Under the pieces are notes generated by a model. It made no database searches and was not told the DNA's origin. It saw nothing but the letters and a program-made list of their open reading frames with translations. A stretch of 62,930 nt of DNA, the filler included, from Reticulomyxa filosa (taxonomy: Eukaryota; Protista; Foraminifera), in assembly GCA_000512085.1 (NCBI GenBank). It is 20 parts of 20 records of this genome, joined end to end, with 100 filler letters (N's around TTAATTAATTAA, not from the genome) between each part and the next. Parts side by side here need not be neighbours in the genome. Positions count along the whole stretch, not along the records: positions 20,046 to 30,146 come from ASPP01025865.1; positions 30,247 to 34,417 come from ASPP01000755.1; positions 34,518 to 41,273 come from ASPP01007206.1; 17 more parts are not named here. The stretch is one strand, 5' to 3'. Shown one piece after another: positions 24,060 to 37,385 of the stretch (positions are counted from its first letter, which is position 1; every line of letters starts with the position of its first letter). The position numbers and the translations under genes were made by a program.

Positions 24060-25429
24060 TCAGAGTTTGGAAGGTGGGAGAGGGGGCTCCGCAAAGAGCT
24101 GGGAGCGATGAAGATGATCGTCGTGATCAGGAAGGAGAGTCGGATGAAATTTGGTCCAAACACAAATACCTTTTTGAAAAACGGAATGAATAGGAGGATC
24201 GACTAATTGATAAATGATATGCCTCCAATCATGATGATCAATAATAATGAAAGAAGCATATTTATGAATTTCTAAAGATCCAAAAAGATGAGATTGTCTA
24301 AGAGCATAAGCACTATTAATAGTAGAAGCAGCTAAAGCCTCATTAAAAGTAAGTTTCATAGAAACACAAGAAAGATTCATAACAAAAGGCATACTTAAAC
24401 AAAAAGAATTAGGATTAAAATCAGAACCTAAAGCAAGAATAACATCATTAGAAATTAAAAGACGAGCAGGAGGATAATGAATACGAAGAAAATGTGCAGT
24501 AGTAGGTAATAAAATAGCAGCAATAAGATATTTAGATAATAAAGATATACCATAATTAGAAATAAATTCTAAATGTGAAACAGCAGTAGCATTAATAATA
24601 GAAGCTAATTCAGCACTAGAATTATAATGTAATTCATCACCATGAAAATTAATATAAAAACCATATTTTTTACCACATTGTAATATTTGTAAAGTTTCTT
24701 TAAATTCAAAAATACCTTTTTCATGAAATACATCAATAAAATATATATTTTTTAAATAACCTAAATTTTTAAATAATATAAATAAGGTATATCATAATTA
24801 ATTAATTGATTAATATATTGTTTAATAGTTAAATTATCTTTTTTATATAATGAATGTCCACCACAATAATTACCAATTATTTCAATATTATGTATTTCAT
24901 TTGCTTTTTCTATTATTTTTAACATTTTTATTTCATTTAATAAATTTAATCCATAACCTGATTTTATTTCTGTTAATATTGTACCTTGTTTTAACATACG
25001 ATTTAAATATTTTATTAATTCTTTTAATAATATTTCTTCTTTTTCTTTTCTAATACATTCTACAGTATATCCTATTCCACCACCTTTTTTATGTATTTCC
25101 ATATATGTTGCACCTTTTATTTTCATTTCAAATTCATTTATACGATCTCCTGCAAATATTGAATGTGTATGACTATCTACTAATCCTGGTATTATTGCTT
25201 TTTTCATTTTTAAATCTATTATTTCTTTTTTTTCTTTTTCATATTTTTTTATTATATATTCTGATTTTCCAACATCTTTTATTTTTCCATCTTCTCCAAC
25301 TGCCATTCCACCGTCTTTAATTATTTTTAATTTATCCATTTGCGAACCTTTTAAATATCTTTCTCCATTACCTGTTACACAAACTAATTCTGACGCATGA
25401 ATTATTATAAATTTTAAAGCAGACGTCAT
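24060..25429 (-). CDS. hutI: Imidazolonepropionase (AMDHD1/HutI), intronless, one apparent homopolymer frameshift near 24768
   Basis: Motifs PGLVDSHTHSIFAGDR, GGGIGYTV, EIKSGYGL, IDVFHEKG, NFHGDEL, SHLE, LLPTT, LGSDFNP and ASTINSA. Adding one A in TTAAAAATTTAG joins the two halves. Confidence 0.95.
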
Positions 25430-25954
25430 TTTTAATACAAACAACAAAACAAACAAGTTTTTAGTTAACAAGAAAAGAAAACCCTTTTCTTGTACCTGTC
25501 ATTCATTATATAAATTCTCCCAACACAACTTAATAATACTTTTATTCCATTTTTTAACAGATCCAACAGTTTCAACAAATTTAGAACCATTCACAAATAT
25601 TGTATCCCAAATAAATTTCATTATTGATTATCATTTCGATCCAAAAATATTTGAACAATTAATGTATTGTCAAATAATTTATTATTATCATTGGCTGGTT
25701 TGTTTATACTTCCTAACTTTAACAATTGAGAAGATAAATTATGCTTAGATTCACATTTTGAACATGTGCAGCATTTTCGAGTGCTATTGCTTATATCCAA
25801 ATATTAGCTTGTCTGATTGTAAGCAATCCTAGTTGTTTCGTCTGTTTTGTTTATTAATAATGTCCTAGTCTAAAAGTTGAACTACAGCATGTAAGGCCAG
25901 GGGGAAAAAAAGAAAGAACGATAAAAAAGATTCTGGAGCAAGAATAGGCAATCC

Positions 25955-27979
25955 ATGGCTTCTGTCTCACAATCTCCAGCAGCACAGGTGGCCTTTGAGA
26001 AAACCAAGCGCATTCAAGACTTATTGAAGATAAATGAGCAGTTTTTGCAGGACAAGAACAAGCCCGAGCTAATAAAAATAATAATGAAACTTCGAAATGA
26101 TCTGATACGTTATGAGACGTTATCACTTCGAAGTAATAATGTTCATCGCTTAAATGTATCTCAATCGGACGTATTATCGCTGTCTCCTTCTCCACAGCGT
26201 ACTCCCAGTCCGCCTCCTCCACTAGCCAATGGAAAATCGCATGTACCGGACGAGACCAGTGCAAAGTCGAACATGAACACGAGCATGAACATGAATATGA
26301 ATATGAACATGAACATAAACATGAACATTAACAACAATATCAGTAACAACATCTATAACAATAACAATGACGAAAACGAGATAGCGAACCCAACGCTGCC
26401 GAGGCAATATTCACATCGCAGTTCAAGATCGCGTATTCGCATCGGGGCCGATTTACAGTCGTTTGACCATCATCGGACGCATTCTCGAACGAGTAGCATA
26501 TCGTCTGTACAAAGTGGGATGCTGTTGGAAGAGAGACACAAAAAATACATCACAAGTCCACCTGGGACACCAGGATTGACGCCACAGCATTCGATCGATG
26601 ATATGAATGGCAATACCAATTTTTCATTGAACAATCAAGATCAACAAAGGAATGCCATGCAAAAGCACTTTGAAGACTTTTTTGTTCGAAAAAAAGCCTC
26701 TTACACCATCACCACCACTGCCACTGCTACTGCTATTGCTACTGCTACTGCTACTGCTACTGCTACTGCTACTGCCACCACTGCTGCAAACACGACTTTG
26801 TCAGCAGCAGGACAGTCTCGTTTCATTGCAAACAGAGCGCATCAGAGCATCATTATTTGTAAACATTGGTTTCGTATCGCTTTTCGAAATACTGCTCCTT
26901 GGCATTTACAAAACAAAAGACGAAACACTTTGAAAGGAACGGTACCGAACATATCTATCAATAATAATAATAATAATAATAATAATAGTGATAATAATAA
27001 CAATAGTGAAAATGGATCAAAGAGAGAATTGAATAACTTTATATATCAACTAATTAAAGATTATTCTCGCTATCAATACTTACAATCGCATATATTGTCG
27101 GAAACTGAAAATGATATTTTGATGAAATTTCTTATTCAAATGCACAATGAAGAAATGACCATGAGCAGCAATATGCATCGCTTGCTATCCGTCGAAAATT
27201 CCATTCGCGTCAATCTATTGTACCGTGCCAGTCGAGACGGCTTTGATTGCAAAATGTTTCATTTGCTGTGTGATAACAAAGGGCCGACTCTTTGTGTCAT
27301 TCGTTCTGAAGAAAACCACGTGTTTGGAGGTCGGTTGACTCGTTTGTTCAATCTGTCTGTTTTCCTTTTTTTTAATGTCCAAATACGCATACACTTTTTC
27401 AATACCAACACAAATTGCAGTTTTGGCTTTTTTTTTTAAAAAAAACATTTATTGCTTGTCATGTCATTGCGTGATGAGGATAGGATACACAAGTGTCAGT
27501 TGGTCTTCTTCCAATATGGGCCATCATTGTGACCCTTATGCTTTCATTTTTGCACTACGCTTTGGCGAAAAAGCTTCATTGAAATATTATGACACTCCTC
27601 AGATATTTAAAGTACGATCGGATCAAATCAATGGAGCTGTGTTTCACTCACCCATTTGTGGTTCGCTGACTATTCCATTCTTTTTTTTTTTTTTGTATAT
27701 GTTTATATGACCCCTCTTCTTTCTTGCATATGTGGCATGTATACGAGTACGCGCAAAGATGAATTAAGTTTGCCATAAAAAAAAACAAACAAAGGTCCAA
27801 CCTTTGGCTATGGCAGAGATATTGTTATTAAAGATGCAGCAAACACAAGTAAACGTTCGTGGTCAAATTTCCCAGCTAGTTATAGTGTTTTTATGAGCAA
27901 AGATAGACCCGATTATTTGTGTGGTGCCCAAAAATTTAAAATTATCAACTACGAAGTTTACAGTGTGCAAGTCTCCTAA
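25955..27979 (+). CDS. TLDc-domain protein with a long low-complexity N-terminus, 3 exons
   Basis: LLYRASRDGF..FHLLCDNKGPTL..HVFGG|YTSVSW..AFIF..CG|PTFGYGRDI..FKIINYEVY. Introns at about 27330-27483 and 27661-27794; stop at 27977-27979. Confidence 0.9.
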
Positions 27980-29377
27980 AAGCAACATTTAATTTTTGTG
28001 ATTTTTTTTTTTTTTTGTGCATGTATATGCGTGTGTGTTTTAGTTGGTTTGAGCTGGTTTAATTTTTGCTGTTTTTGATGTATGTGATTTTTTTTTTCTT
28101 CTGTGTTCCCCCCTTTATTTGTTTTGTTTGTTGTTGTTTTTTTGCACAATATCAAAGGAAGGGATTATATATGTATATTGGGAAAAAAATCACAATAATA
28201 GTAGTAAAAATTTATTGGTCACTCAGCAGGGGATACTTTTTTTTGCAGGTGTGCAAAGTGCATTTTTTGACAATAAAAAACTGGATTAGTCTGAATTGAC
28301 TGACATGTTTCAGAGCATTCATTTGTAAACTGGCTTCTTTCTTCTTTTCCCTTATGTCTTTCCTTTGATGTGCATTTGTTTTGTTACTTTGCTCTTTTTT
28401 CCCTTGGTTTTTCTTCTTTTTTTTTTTCTTAATCTGGGAAGGATTTCTTTGTTAGCGCACAATGTGCAAGATGTTCAATTGTACATTTCTGTCTTGATGA
28501 ACCAAAATCTAATGCTGATGGACATTAATAATGAACTTGATCAATTGTATACGAAAATTTTAAATATGCAGTTTAGAAAATGTTTCCATCAATCACAGTA
28601 TTTTTTTCCGGCTTACAGAACATGAGAAAGTGACAGTATTTGACTTCAGGCTTTGCCCAGAACCTGACACATTTTGTAAACTAATGTACTAAATCCAAAA
28701 GAGAAATAAACAAAATTAATTACAGTGTTTTTATAAGCACTTTGCACATAGTTTTTGAAAAGAAAAAAGTACGTTATATTTTATCATATTTGATGCCATA
28801 TTTAAATATTTCTTATTATTTCTACCACTGATTTTTTTAAGTTGATTTTACTTCATATCTGGGATAAGTATCTCAATGTTTGAGTACTGGTTATTTTTTA
28901 CAGTGTTGTACTGTAAACATTTTATTAAGTATTGCTGCACATACTATGCATTATGTACGTACATTTATATCCAGATGTAAATTATCTTTTGGTAATATGT
29001 ATATATAATTATGTGTTCATGCACTAGAGCTTACGCAACTTGGTTAAAGCTAAATCAACACTACAGCCATCTTGTGTGACGATTAATTTTCTTTTTGAAG
29101 GAAAAACGAAAAAAATTATCGAAGTTTCTTTTTTCAAATTATGTATTGAGTTTTTTACTAATCTCCTTAAATAACAAATTATTTTCAACTTTTAAAACAA
29201 AATTAATAACGTTATGGAAATTTCATACAAAATGAAAAAGTGATGCAAACTTTTCGTACTGACATCAAAGCTCTTTTAAAAAATTTTCTTTAAAATAGTT
29301 TGCAAATTAAAACAATAGGGCAAAAAATGATTTCTTCCAAGTTGATTCTCTTCTTTTTTTCTATCCATATTTGATAT

Positions 29378-30146
29378 GGAAACGTAAATTATAAACATAG
29401 CGAACCAAACGACGTTTTATCTTCTTTGTTGGACGATTGTCGTAGTCTAACCGAAGACAGCGCCTCAAATTGGATGGATACGCAAGTAGACCTGCTTGAC
29501 TTAACATTGGATGATTCAAATTACGACAATAGTGGTCCGTTGTTGAGTGAGCATCACATAGGCAAGCAAACGACGAAAGCCGACATCACCACGCAATTTG
29601 ACCCTTACGTGGAAGACACATATGACGCATTGTGGCAAGACACTGAGGTTTGTGGCACGAAAAGACTACAAACAAGTGTTGTAGTATGAGGATTATTTGT
29701 ACAATCACGCAAAACAAAACAAACAAACAAAAAAAAAACAGATAAGCACCAGCGAGGAAATGAAAGTCAAGTCGAGACCAACGAATTGGTATGGTGGACA
29801 TTCAACAACCGGGAGCCGAAGTTTAGGTTACGAGGGCAGCATATCCGAAGATTCGGCACATCAGCCGTTTAAAACATTGTCAACAATGACACTTCCGATG
29901 CATGCTGGTCCATTGAATGCAAAACATCACCAGTCTTATTCACATACGTCTGTATATTCTTATGTTGCAGACAATCATCCAAAATTTGTTAACCTGCATC
30001 AAGGTAAAGTACTTTTGCACAATATTTATTTTTTTTTTTTGCACACATGTACATACTCTTCATGTGACAAGAAAAAAGGGAACTTTAAAAAAAAAAAAAA
30101 ATTAGTATCATCAGCAAATATTATGACGAAACCAACCTCAATGTCG
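29378..30146 (+). CDS. Hypothetical protein, spliced, partial
   Basis: Coding-like exons at about 29378-29647 and 29742-30003 with GT-AG introns. Start unresolved. Confidence 0.45.
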
Positions 30147-30809
30147 NNNNNNNNNNNNNNNNNNNNNNNNNNNNNNNNNNNNNNNNNNNNTTAATTAATT
30201 AANNNNNNNNNNNNNNNNNNNNNNNNNNNNNNNNNNNNNNNNNNNNAATTGCTCAAAAGAGCGAAAACCTTTCGTATTACAGTTTGCACACCTCTTTCAG
30301 CAGCAGGAAAACCCACACTTGTTTCTGTAAGATTAACTTGTGTTGTTTGTAAACATACTGACAAGTATATTTAAATACTGTATATACTACAAAAATTAAG
30401 CTAAAAACTACCTTACGATTGACGGGGAGCAAAGTAAGCAGATGAAAAAAGAGAAAATGTGAAATATATTGAGGCAAATGCTTAAAAAGTTATGAAACAT
30501 GCTTGAATACAAGTGTAAACGAAATTTCGAAGAAGAAGTGGATGGTAAGAGGCAAAGGCGAAACATGGAGGTAACAAAAAAACAATATGATGACAAACGA
30601 TATCCTCGTCAAAATTACGCAAAAACTAAGCGATATTAAACAATGAATTTAATGTAGCAAGAAATGGCAGTTATAGAAATAGCTCATTTACTGACAATTT
30701 AGTTACATAATAAGAATCTGTTAAAAGTGACATTTTTCAAAGTTGTTGTCTATTTTAACGAGCATGAATTCGGACTTTTGTATTACAATTTACTCTGTGT
30801 ATTACTCAA

Positions 30810-31886
30810 TTAGAAAAAGAAAAGAAAAAAAAAAAAATTAAACGGAAATAGTTTTTGAGACAAGTAGAGCAGCATTTCGTAGCAATCACCAAAGAGAGTG
30901 CCTTCCAAGGTAAGTAAAGCCACGCGCGGAGCGATCCCTTTGGACAGCCCCCTCCATGTTTCATGTTTGACAATGGACTGGATGAGTTGGAATGGATTCC
31001 TTTGGCCATAATCTCCAGTGCGCGTTTGTATACGTGTGCGAGTGACATCTAAAGGATTCGTCAAAAGCCCAGTGATAATACCCGCGAGTGCACCAGCAGT
31101 GGTATACGTTCCAGGCGTGTCAGCATGAAGCAAGTACTTTAAGGCCTCGTAGCTGGCCCACCAACAGCCACTGGCAGGAACATAGAGCAGCAAGGCGGCA
31201 TTAGTCCCGCGATAAAACGAAGGGATCAACTTTTGGTCGTTTTCATTGAGAATATGACGAATCGTGGACCACACGGTAATGTCCGCACGGACCGGACTTA
31301 ACACATATCGCTGCTGCACTATCTCTTGTGGTACATATGCAAATACGCCTGCGGCTTCCGCCAACAGGCCGCTAAAGAATGGGAATATTACACTTTGCCA
31401 AATCGGGTTCGACATTTTTAGCTCTCCAAATTTGTGCTTGCAAATTGTGTACACGCCCATATGCACAAATACCCCTGGGAACGCCGTTAGTGTATTGAAT
31501 ACGTACCCACGATATAGACCTTTTTTTTAAAAAAAAAAATTCCCCCCCCCCCCCTCCAATGGCATTAAAAAAAAAAAAAATTTTTTTTGCACCTCCCCCT
31601 TTTTTTTTTTCGCACCTCGAAACCCGTGTGCTTTTACAATCGTACTGGCTTGGTAATATAAGTCTTTGACAGGACTACCACTTACCTTCCCAACGTTGGT
31701 TTGCAGGTGCGTCTTGCAGTAAAATAATGGATATAATACAATGTTCACTGCAAATTCCATCCACAGTCCATTAAACACAAACTTGGGCAGACTAATATTC
31801 GGCGGCCAGTACGTGTGCGGTGCTGAGTCTTTTAAATGTTCATCTGAAAGATTTCTTGAGGATAAAGACAAAAGAAAGCGCTTCAT
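30810..31886 (-). CDS. Mitochondrial carrier family (SLC25) protein
   Basis: Three PX[DE]XX[KR]-like repeats (PLFYCKTHLQ, PQEIVQQRY, PLDVTRTRIQ) plus GLYRG, SFYRG and GLSKG. Intron at about 31615-31520. The 3' end may splice further. Confidence 0.9.
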
Positions 31887-32387
31887 ATTTCTCTATAAGT
31901 CCAAGAAGAGAATGATAATATATTGCCCTTTATTATCTTCAGAAAATTTTATAGGCATCCCGTGATTTCCCCCAACATATCGACTTTTAAAAGTGCGTTT
32001 TTTGTTCGGTTGGCTGCTTCACTCCTGTCACGAAAATTCATGATTGATCCGTTTTATCTATTTGTTCATCTTGGAGCTGTACAGTTGCGAGTGAGAATAA
32101 TCAAAACCTGTCAATCACGATATATCGACCACGTGATGCCCTTGAGCACTCTTTTGTTATCATCTCTAGAAGTGACAAGTATCGAAAAAAGTTCTTTATA
32201 TGGAAAGAACTGCAAATTCATTTGGTACAGTCTTTTTAAAAAATGTAAAAAAATAATAAATAATATGAGTTTTAAGTTGGACCCAGATCCTTTACAAGAA
32301 GAGGGAGGGGGAGAAGGAAAAAAAAGAAAGCTTATTCCATCTGATATTATTTTTGTGTTTAATAATTGAATTCGAATTGAGCCAAAC

Positions 32388-34376
32388 ATGTCTGATGACG
32401 TCTCTTACTTGCAAGAGGAGATAAACCGCTTGAAGCGTTCAAAGCTGGAGCTCATTCGCTCCACGTCAACAGAGATAGAAAGACTGCGAGCGATGATTCG
32501 AGTATTGACCGGCAATGGTTCCCAAAAGAGCATTTCGAACTTGTTAATTCCATTGAATTTCGTGTGCCTTCAATTTGATGAGACGAAAGAGCATGAGGAA
32601 GATATGTATTTTTTTTTTTTTAAAAAAAAAAATAAAACAGAACACCAAAGTCTATTCCGTTCAAAGAAAACGTTGACAATGGATCAAAAAAGACTCCACT
32701 GCACGTTGATCAAAGCGTTAAGTCTCAATAGGCAAAGAGCACAGTCTGTTTTTTTAGTTTTTTGTTTTTTTTTTTTGAACAGCAATTGTAAGTCTCATGA
32801 CCGTATGAGCGCAAAAATCAAAAGGGGCTACTTTAAAAAAAAAAAAAAAAAAAAATTGGTTTGAATGTGTAATAAATGTAATATGTATATACAAATATAA
32901 AATATTCATATATATATGTATATATATACATATATGCACATATATATGAATATATAAATATGTGACATATGGTTAGAAATTGCTGAATGTATCAGAGCCG
33001 GAAAAATCGCCATCGCAAATATCGGCGCTGTCAGAGAACATACATGAGGAAGAAGAAGAAGAAGAAGAAGAGGAGACAAATGGGAATGCGAAACAAACGA
33101 ATGGACATACAAGTCATCCATTACAGAACAGCAACGAAGACAACCACGTGAACGTGAAGAAAGCCCTTGGGAACATTAAAGAAGACGAAGAATATGCCGA
33201 ACACTCCGCCTCTGAAGAAGCCAAAGACGACCCATTCAAATCCCCCGTCGCCAATGGCGAACACACTTCACACGGCAGCGCCAACAATAAGGCACCTCAT
33301 CGTCGAGAAAAGTCTCGCTTCGCTGGAGAAGAGCTCTTCAGCTTGGATAAAAAAAGGTATTTTTGTATCTTTTCAAATGTATAAATATATACAATTGTAT
33401 ATACATATGCATATACATTTATATATGTATATGCATATTTGCTCAGAATGTCGGCCGTGGGATTCGAATTTAAAGATACTGGGTTCATGACTACTGATTT
33501 TGACCAATTGAGAGGACATAGCTTGTTAGACTTTATTTGGCGTGTGTGTGTGTATTTTTTTTTTTTTTTTTTTCAATTTTTTTTTTTTTTTTTTTTTTTA
33601 AATTGTAATAATCTTTCAAAATTGATTAGGGTGAAATAATAATGACATTGTGTTGCTCAGATGGATTAACCAAGTGATTCATCATCCCATTCAAAATGGA
33701 ATTTGCGTGTCTTGCGGGTGTGTTCGAACATATGACTTACTTTCTTCATTACAAACAAACGACAATATATATATATATATGTGTATACATGTATATATGT
33801 ATATATGTACGTGTATAAAAAGCATACATTTTATCAATTTGCAATCGAATGATCGCCACATGTATTTGTCACAAGACGCAATATCAAATATACAAATATA
33901 CAAATATACAAATATATAAATATAAATAAATTGAAAAGTGACGATTGGTGTGTAATGTTTTGGCGATTTCGTCGTGTGAGTGGGAAAGAACAAATGGAGC
34001 AAGAGAAATTCGACAAATTGGTGAGTGGCTTGGAGGAGATGAGTGCTGAGCGCCAGATGATCGAACAGAGAATCCACGAGACACACCCGAGCATCAAGAC
34101 CTCGCATCAAACGGGAGAGATTGCGTTGAACGCCATATTCAAAATCAACACAGGAAGTGGCGTCAAGGCGATTCAGTTATCTCCCAATGGAGAGCTATTG
34201 GCCTGCGCTTGTTTCGACGACGAAGAAAGCGAAGGAATTCCAGAATTGCAATTGTATCGAGATCAAAAGAAATTTACATTTCAAGTAATATATACATATA
34301 TATGTATATATACACATATAATATATATATATATATTTTTTTTTATCAAATGGTTGACATTGCAACAATGCTTTTG

Positions 34377-34417
<41 letters not shown>
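32388..34417 (+). CDS. Coiled-coil protein with a probable WD40 region, multi-exon, 3' partial
   Basis: N-terminal heptads (LQEEINRLKRSKLELIRSTSTEIERLRAMI), an acidic linker, and a later exon SGVKAIQLSPNGELLACAC that looks like a WD40 blade. Confidence 0.6.
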
Positions 34418-34517
34418 NNNNNNNNNNNNNNNNNNNNNNNNNNNNNNNNNNNNNNNNNNNNTTAATTAATTAANNNNNNNNNNNNNNNNNNNNNNNNNNN
34501 NNNNNNNNNNNNNNNNN

Positions 34518-36554
34518 ATGGCTGTAAGCTGAATGGAAATGAAGTCAATAAAGTAGTGAGGACGACGAAAGCGAAAGCCCCTCACACGAGTTGGCCGAAA
34601 GAAACTCGTCCGAGAATTCCGTTCGAGGTTCATCCATTGAGCCAGCTGCTGCTGGCGGAATGGCAGGCACAGGTAATTCATGAAAAGTTGGAGGATGGAT
34701 CTTGTTTTTTTAAAAAAAAAAAATTCCTCTTCGTACTCATATACTACTACCCTGACGCTTAGTGCGTCCCTTGCTCTTTTATCACACTTTACTTCCATCA
34801 TAACAACCAATAATAACAATTAATGATAATCAATCACATCAGTCATCAATCATCAATAATAATAATAATAAGAGACATTGTTTGTGTCTGGATAGAAATA
34901 TAAACAATTGATTGATTACTATTGTTGTTATATGTTGTGTATTCATTCCTCTCCTTTCCTCTCCTCCCTTTTTTGTGTGTGTGTGTGTGTTACGTACATG
35001 CTTGCGTATGCATGCAATGCTGGACAGGAGAGAACCCATTCCTTGCGTTGCCAGATGTACCTCCGGCATGCTTTGCCAATGAGGACTGGCTGTAGATGGA
35101 TCGAAACCCCACTCGGCCGGTATCATCGTGTCTACCACTTCCGGCAACGAAGTCAAGAAGCCAAAAAAAAAGAGGACCGCTACTCCTTTGGAGAGCACAA
35201 AAGACATGCGGAAAATGACTACAATAGCGTCTGCGATTTTCGTACCAAAGGCTCCACTTCAGGCCCAGTCAAGCCTGTTGTGGAACATTCCAATGATCAC
35301 GTTAACATTGCATTTATTTGTGTGTGTGTGTATGTGTCTGTTATTATAAGGCAAACAAAATCAAACACAAACATTTGCAATTAACAAGCCCCCTCCCCCC
35401 TTATCAAATTTTTAAACATATATTAATAGCAACGCAATGACGGCATTACCCCAACTGACACGGCTGTGGCAGGGGCTGTTTCGGAAACAACAAAGGCCAA
35501 GCAAAAGAAGAAATCGAGCAACGAAAAGGACGCGAAAAAAGAAAAGAAACACAAAGCGAAGCGTCAACGACGGGACACGAGAGAGCCGACCCTCCAAGCC
35601 ATGGCGCCGACAAACCTTGGCACGGGCATCGGTGGAGGAATCATCATGCCGAATGCACAGCCCGTTGCCAGTGGAATGGAGCAGCCTTTTCCGTCGTCTT
35701 CGGGCATCGATCCGATGAACAGGTTGGACGGTAGATTTGACATGGGATTTTCGCAAAGCGTGGCGCCCCCTTTTTGCATGCCGCCAATCATGGGTTCCTC
35801 TTTGCATTGCGCGCCCACCAATCCATCGTCGCAAGTGCCTTTTGATGGGTCCACTTTGAATTTTGGTTATGGTGCTTTTGACACAGCTGCCATGATCAAT
35901 CCACAAGTATACATATGCATATATACACATATACATATATATATTTATATATGTATATAATATATACACATATAAATATATATACATAAATATATATATA
36001 TATTTTTTTTTTCAATTGAAAAGGATTTGACCACGGCAGAGTTCAATACATTGGTTTCGAATTATTTAGCATCTTTGACGCCAGCGCAATGGGAGGTGGT
36101 GTCGGCTCAATTACTGACCGCCACGGAGAATATGCAATCCAGTATCGACCCGAGGACCACGTTGGCGACAGCAACCAACGAGGTGGTGGGACAACCCGGT
36201 GTCGTGACGAGCGCGGAGGCCAATCCCGGTGCTTTGGAAACGCGCAACTTGTTTGACAACAAAAACTTGGCAGAGTTCAGGTCCGGGTCGATCACGCCCG
36301 TGGGGTCCCCTGTGTGCAAAGAGCTGCTGAGCTTTTTGAGTCCGTCGCCCCCGCCGTCGATGGCCAACGATTCTCCCAATCCAGTCAACGGGATGTTGAT
36401 CCCGCAGTTGCTCTCGCATCCTGGAACCCCTAATCATTTGTCCAATCAAAACCTGGGCTTTGTCAACCCTCCTACCCCAACCACGATCAATCTGTTCAAC
36501 TCGATCAACGCAGTTTTGAACAGTCAGGGTAATATCCCGACCAATGTTAATGCC

Positions 36555-36586
<32 letters not shown>

Positions 36587-37385
36587 TAACAATGCCAATA
36601 TCTCAGTCGAATCACAAGCCTTTACATCGAAAAACAACACTGTTGGATGCATGTCGAACGACACAAAAACAAATGCGACGCAATCGGCAATGTCGACGAA
36701 TGGAAGCAAGCTGCTAAGTACAACGGCATTGCTGGCGCAGTTGTCGACCACCTCGAACCCCAACTTGGGCAATACAGGTGCAACGATGAATAGCTCATTG
36801 GACAATCTGCTGAGCATGGATTACAGCGCGTTGATGGACTACTTGGGGTCCACGGACCCAACCACGCACCACTTGTCGGGAATGACGTTGCAAGATTACA
36901 ATCAAACTTTGCACGCCCTGCATTCTTTGGGTTTGAATGTTGGCAGCGGTAGTAGTAGTAGTGGTGGTGGTAATGATGGAGTTGGCAGTGGAGGTGTTGG
37001 TGTTGGTATTGGCGGCCCGACGAGCACGGCTACTGGCATACACGATCCTTTTGTTGCCTCGCCACATCCACTGTCTCAAACGTCCAGTATTCCTTTGACC
37101 CAAGCTTCGGATGCGTTGAACACAGTCAATTCGAGCTTGAACAATCACAACACGAGTCTCTCCAATTTGACAGGCACCGTCATCACTGCCAACTCGACCA
37201 CAACTAATCCAAATACTAACAACACCGTTGCCACCCATTTCACTTGCTCTACTACCACTGCTACCACTACCACGAATGAGGCGCTTACCAACTTTAGCCC
37301 CAATTGCAAGAACAATAATATTAGCACACCAACAATACTACCAACCACTACTGCCACAATCGCAATCAAAAATCACTCCACATAA
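34518..37385 (+). CDS. Low-complexity S/T/N/P-rich protein with basic NLS-like patches, multi-exon, 5' partial
   Basis: Long last exon about 36024-37385. A middle exon contains KKEKKHKAKRQRR. GC-rich exons are separated by (TA)n introns. Confidence 0.7.

Noticed and set aside
24755-24775. Programmed frameshift or split gene in hutI (and the similar break near 22315)
   Set aside because: A single-base shortfall in an A homopolymer is most simply a pyrosequencing-type error. Reads are needed to confirm.
11476-25429. uxuA and hutI as bacterial contamination or a catabolic gene cluster
   Set aside because: uxuA has spliceosomal introns. hutI is of the eukaryotic AMDHD1 type and is flanked by intron-containing genes. 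The two are on different contigs.
28420-28560. C..TIEHL.HC on the minus strand resembling a retroelement zinc knuckle
   Set aside because: Short, interrupted by stops and without supporting domains.
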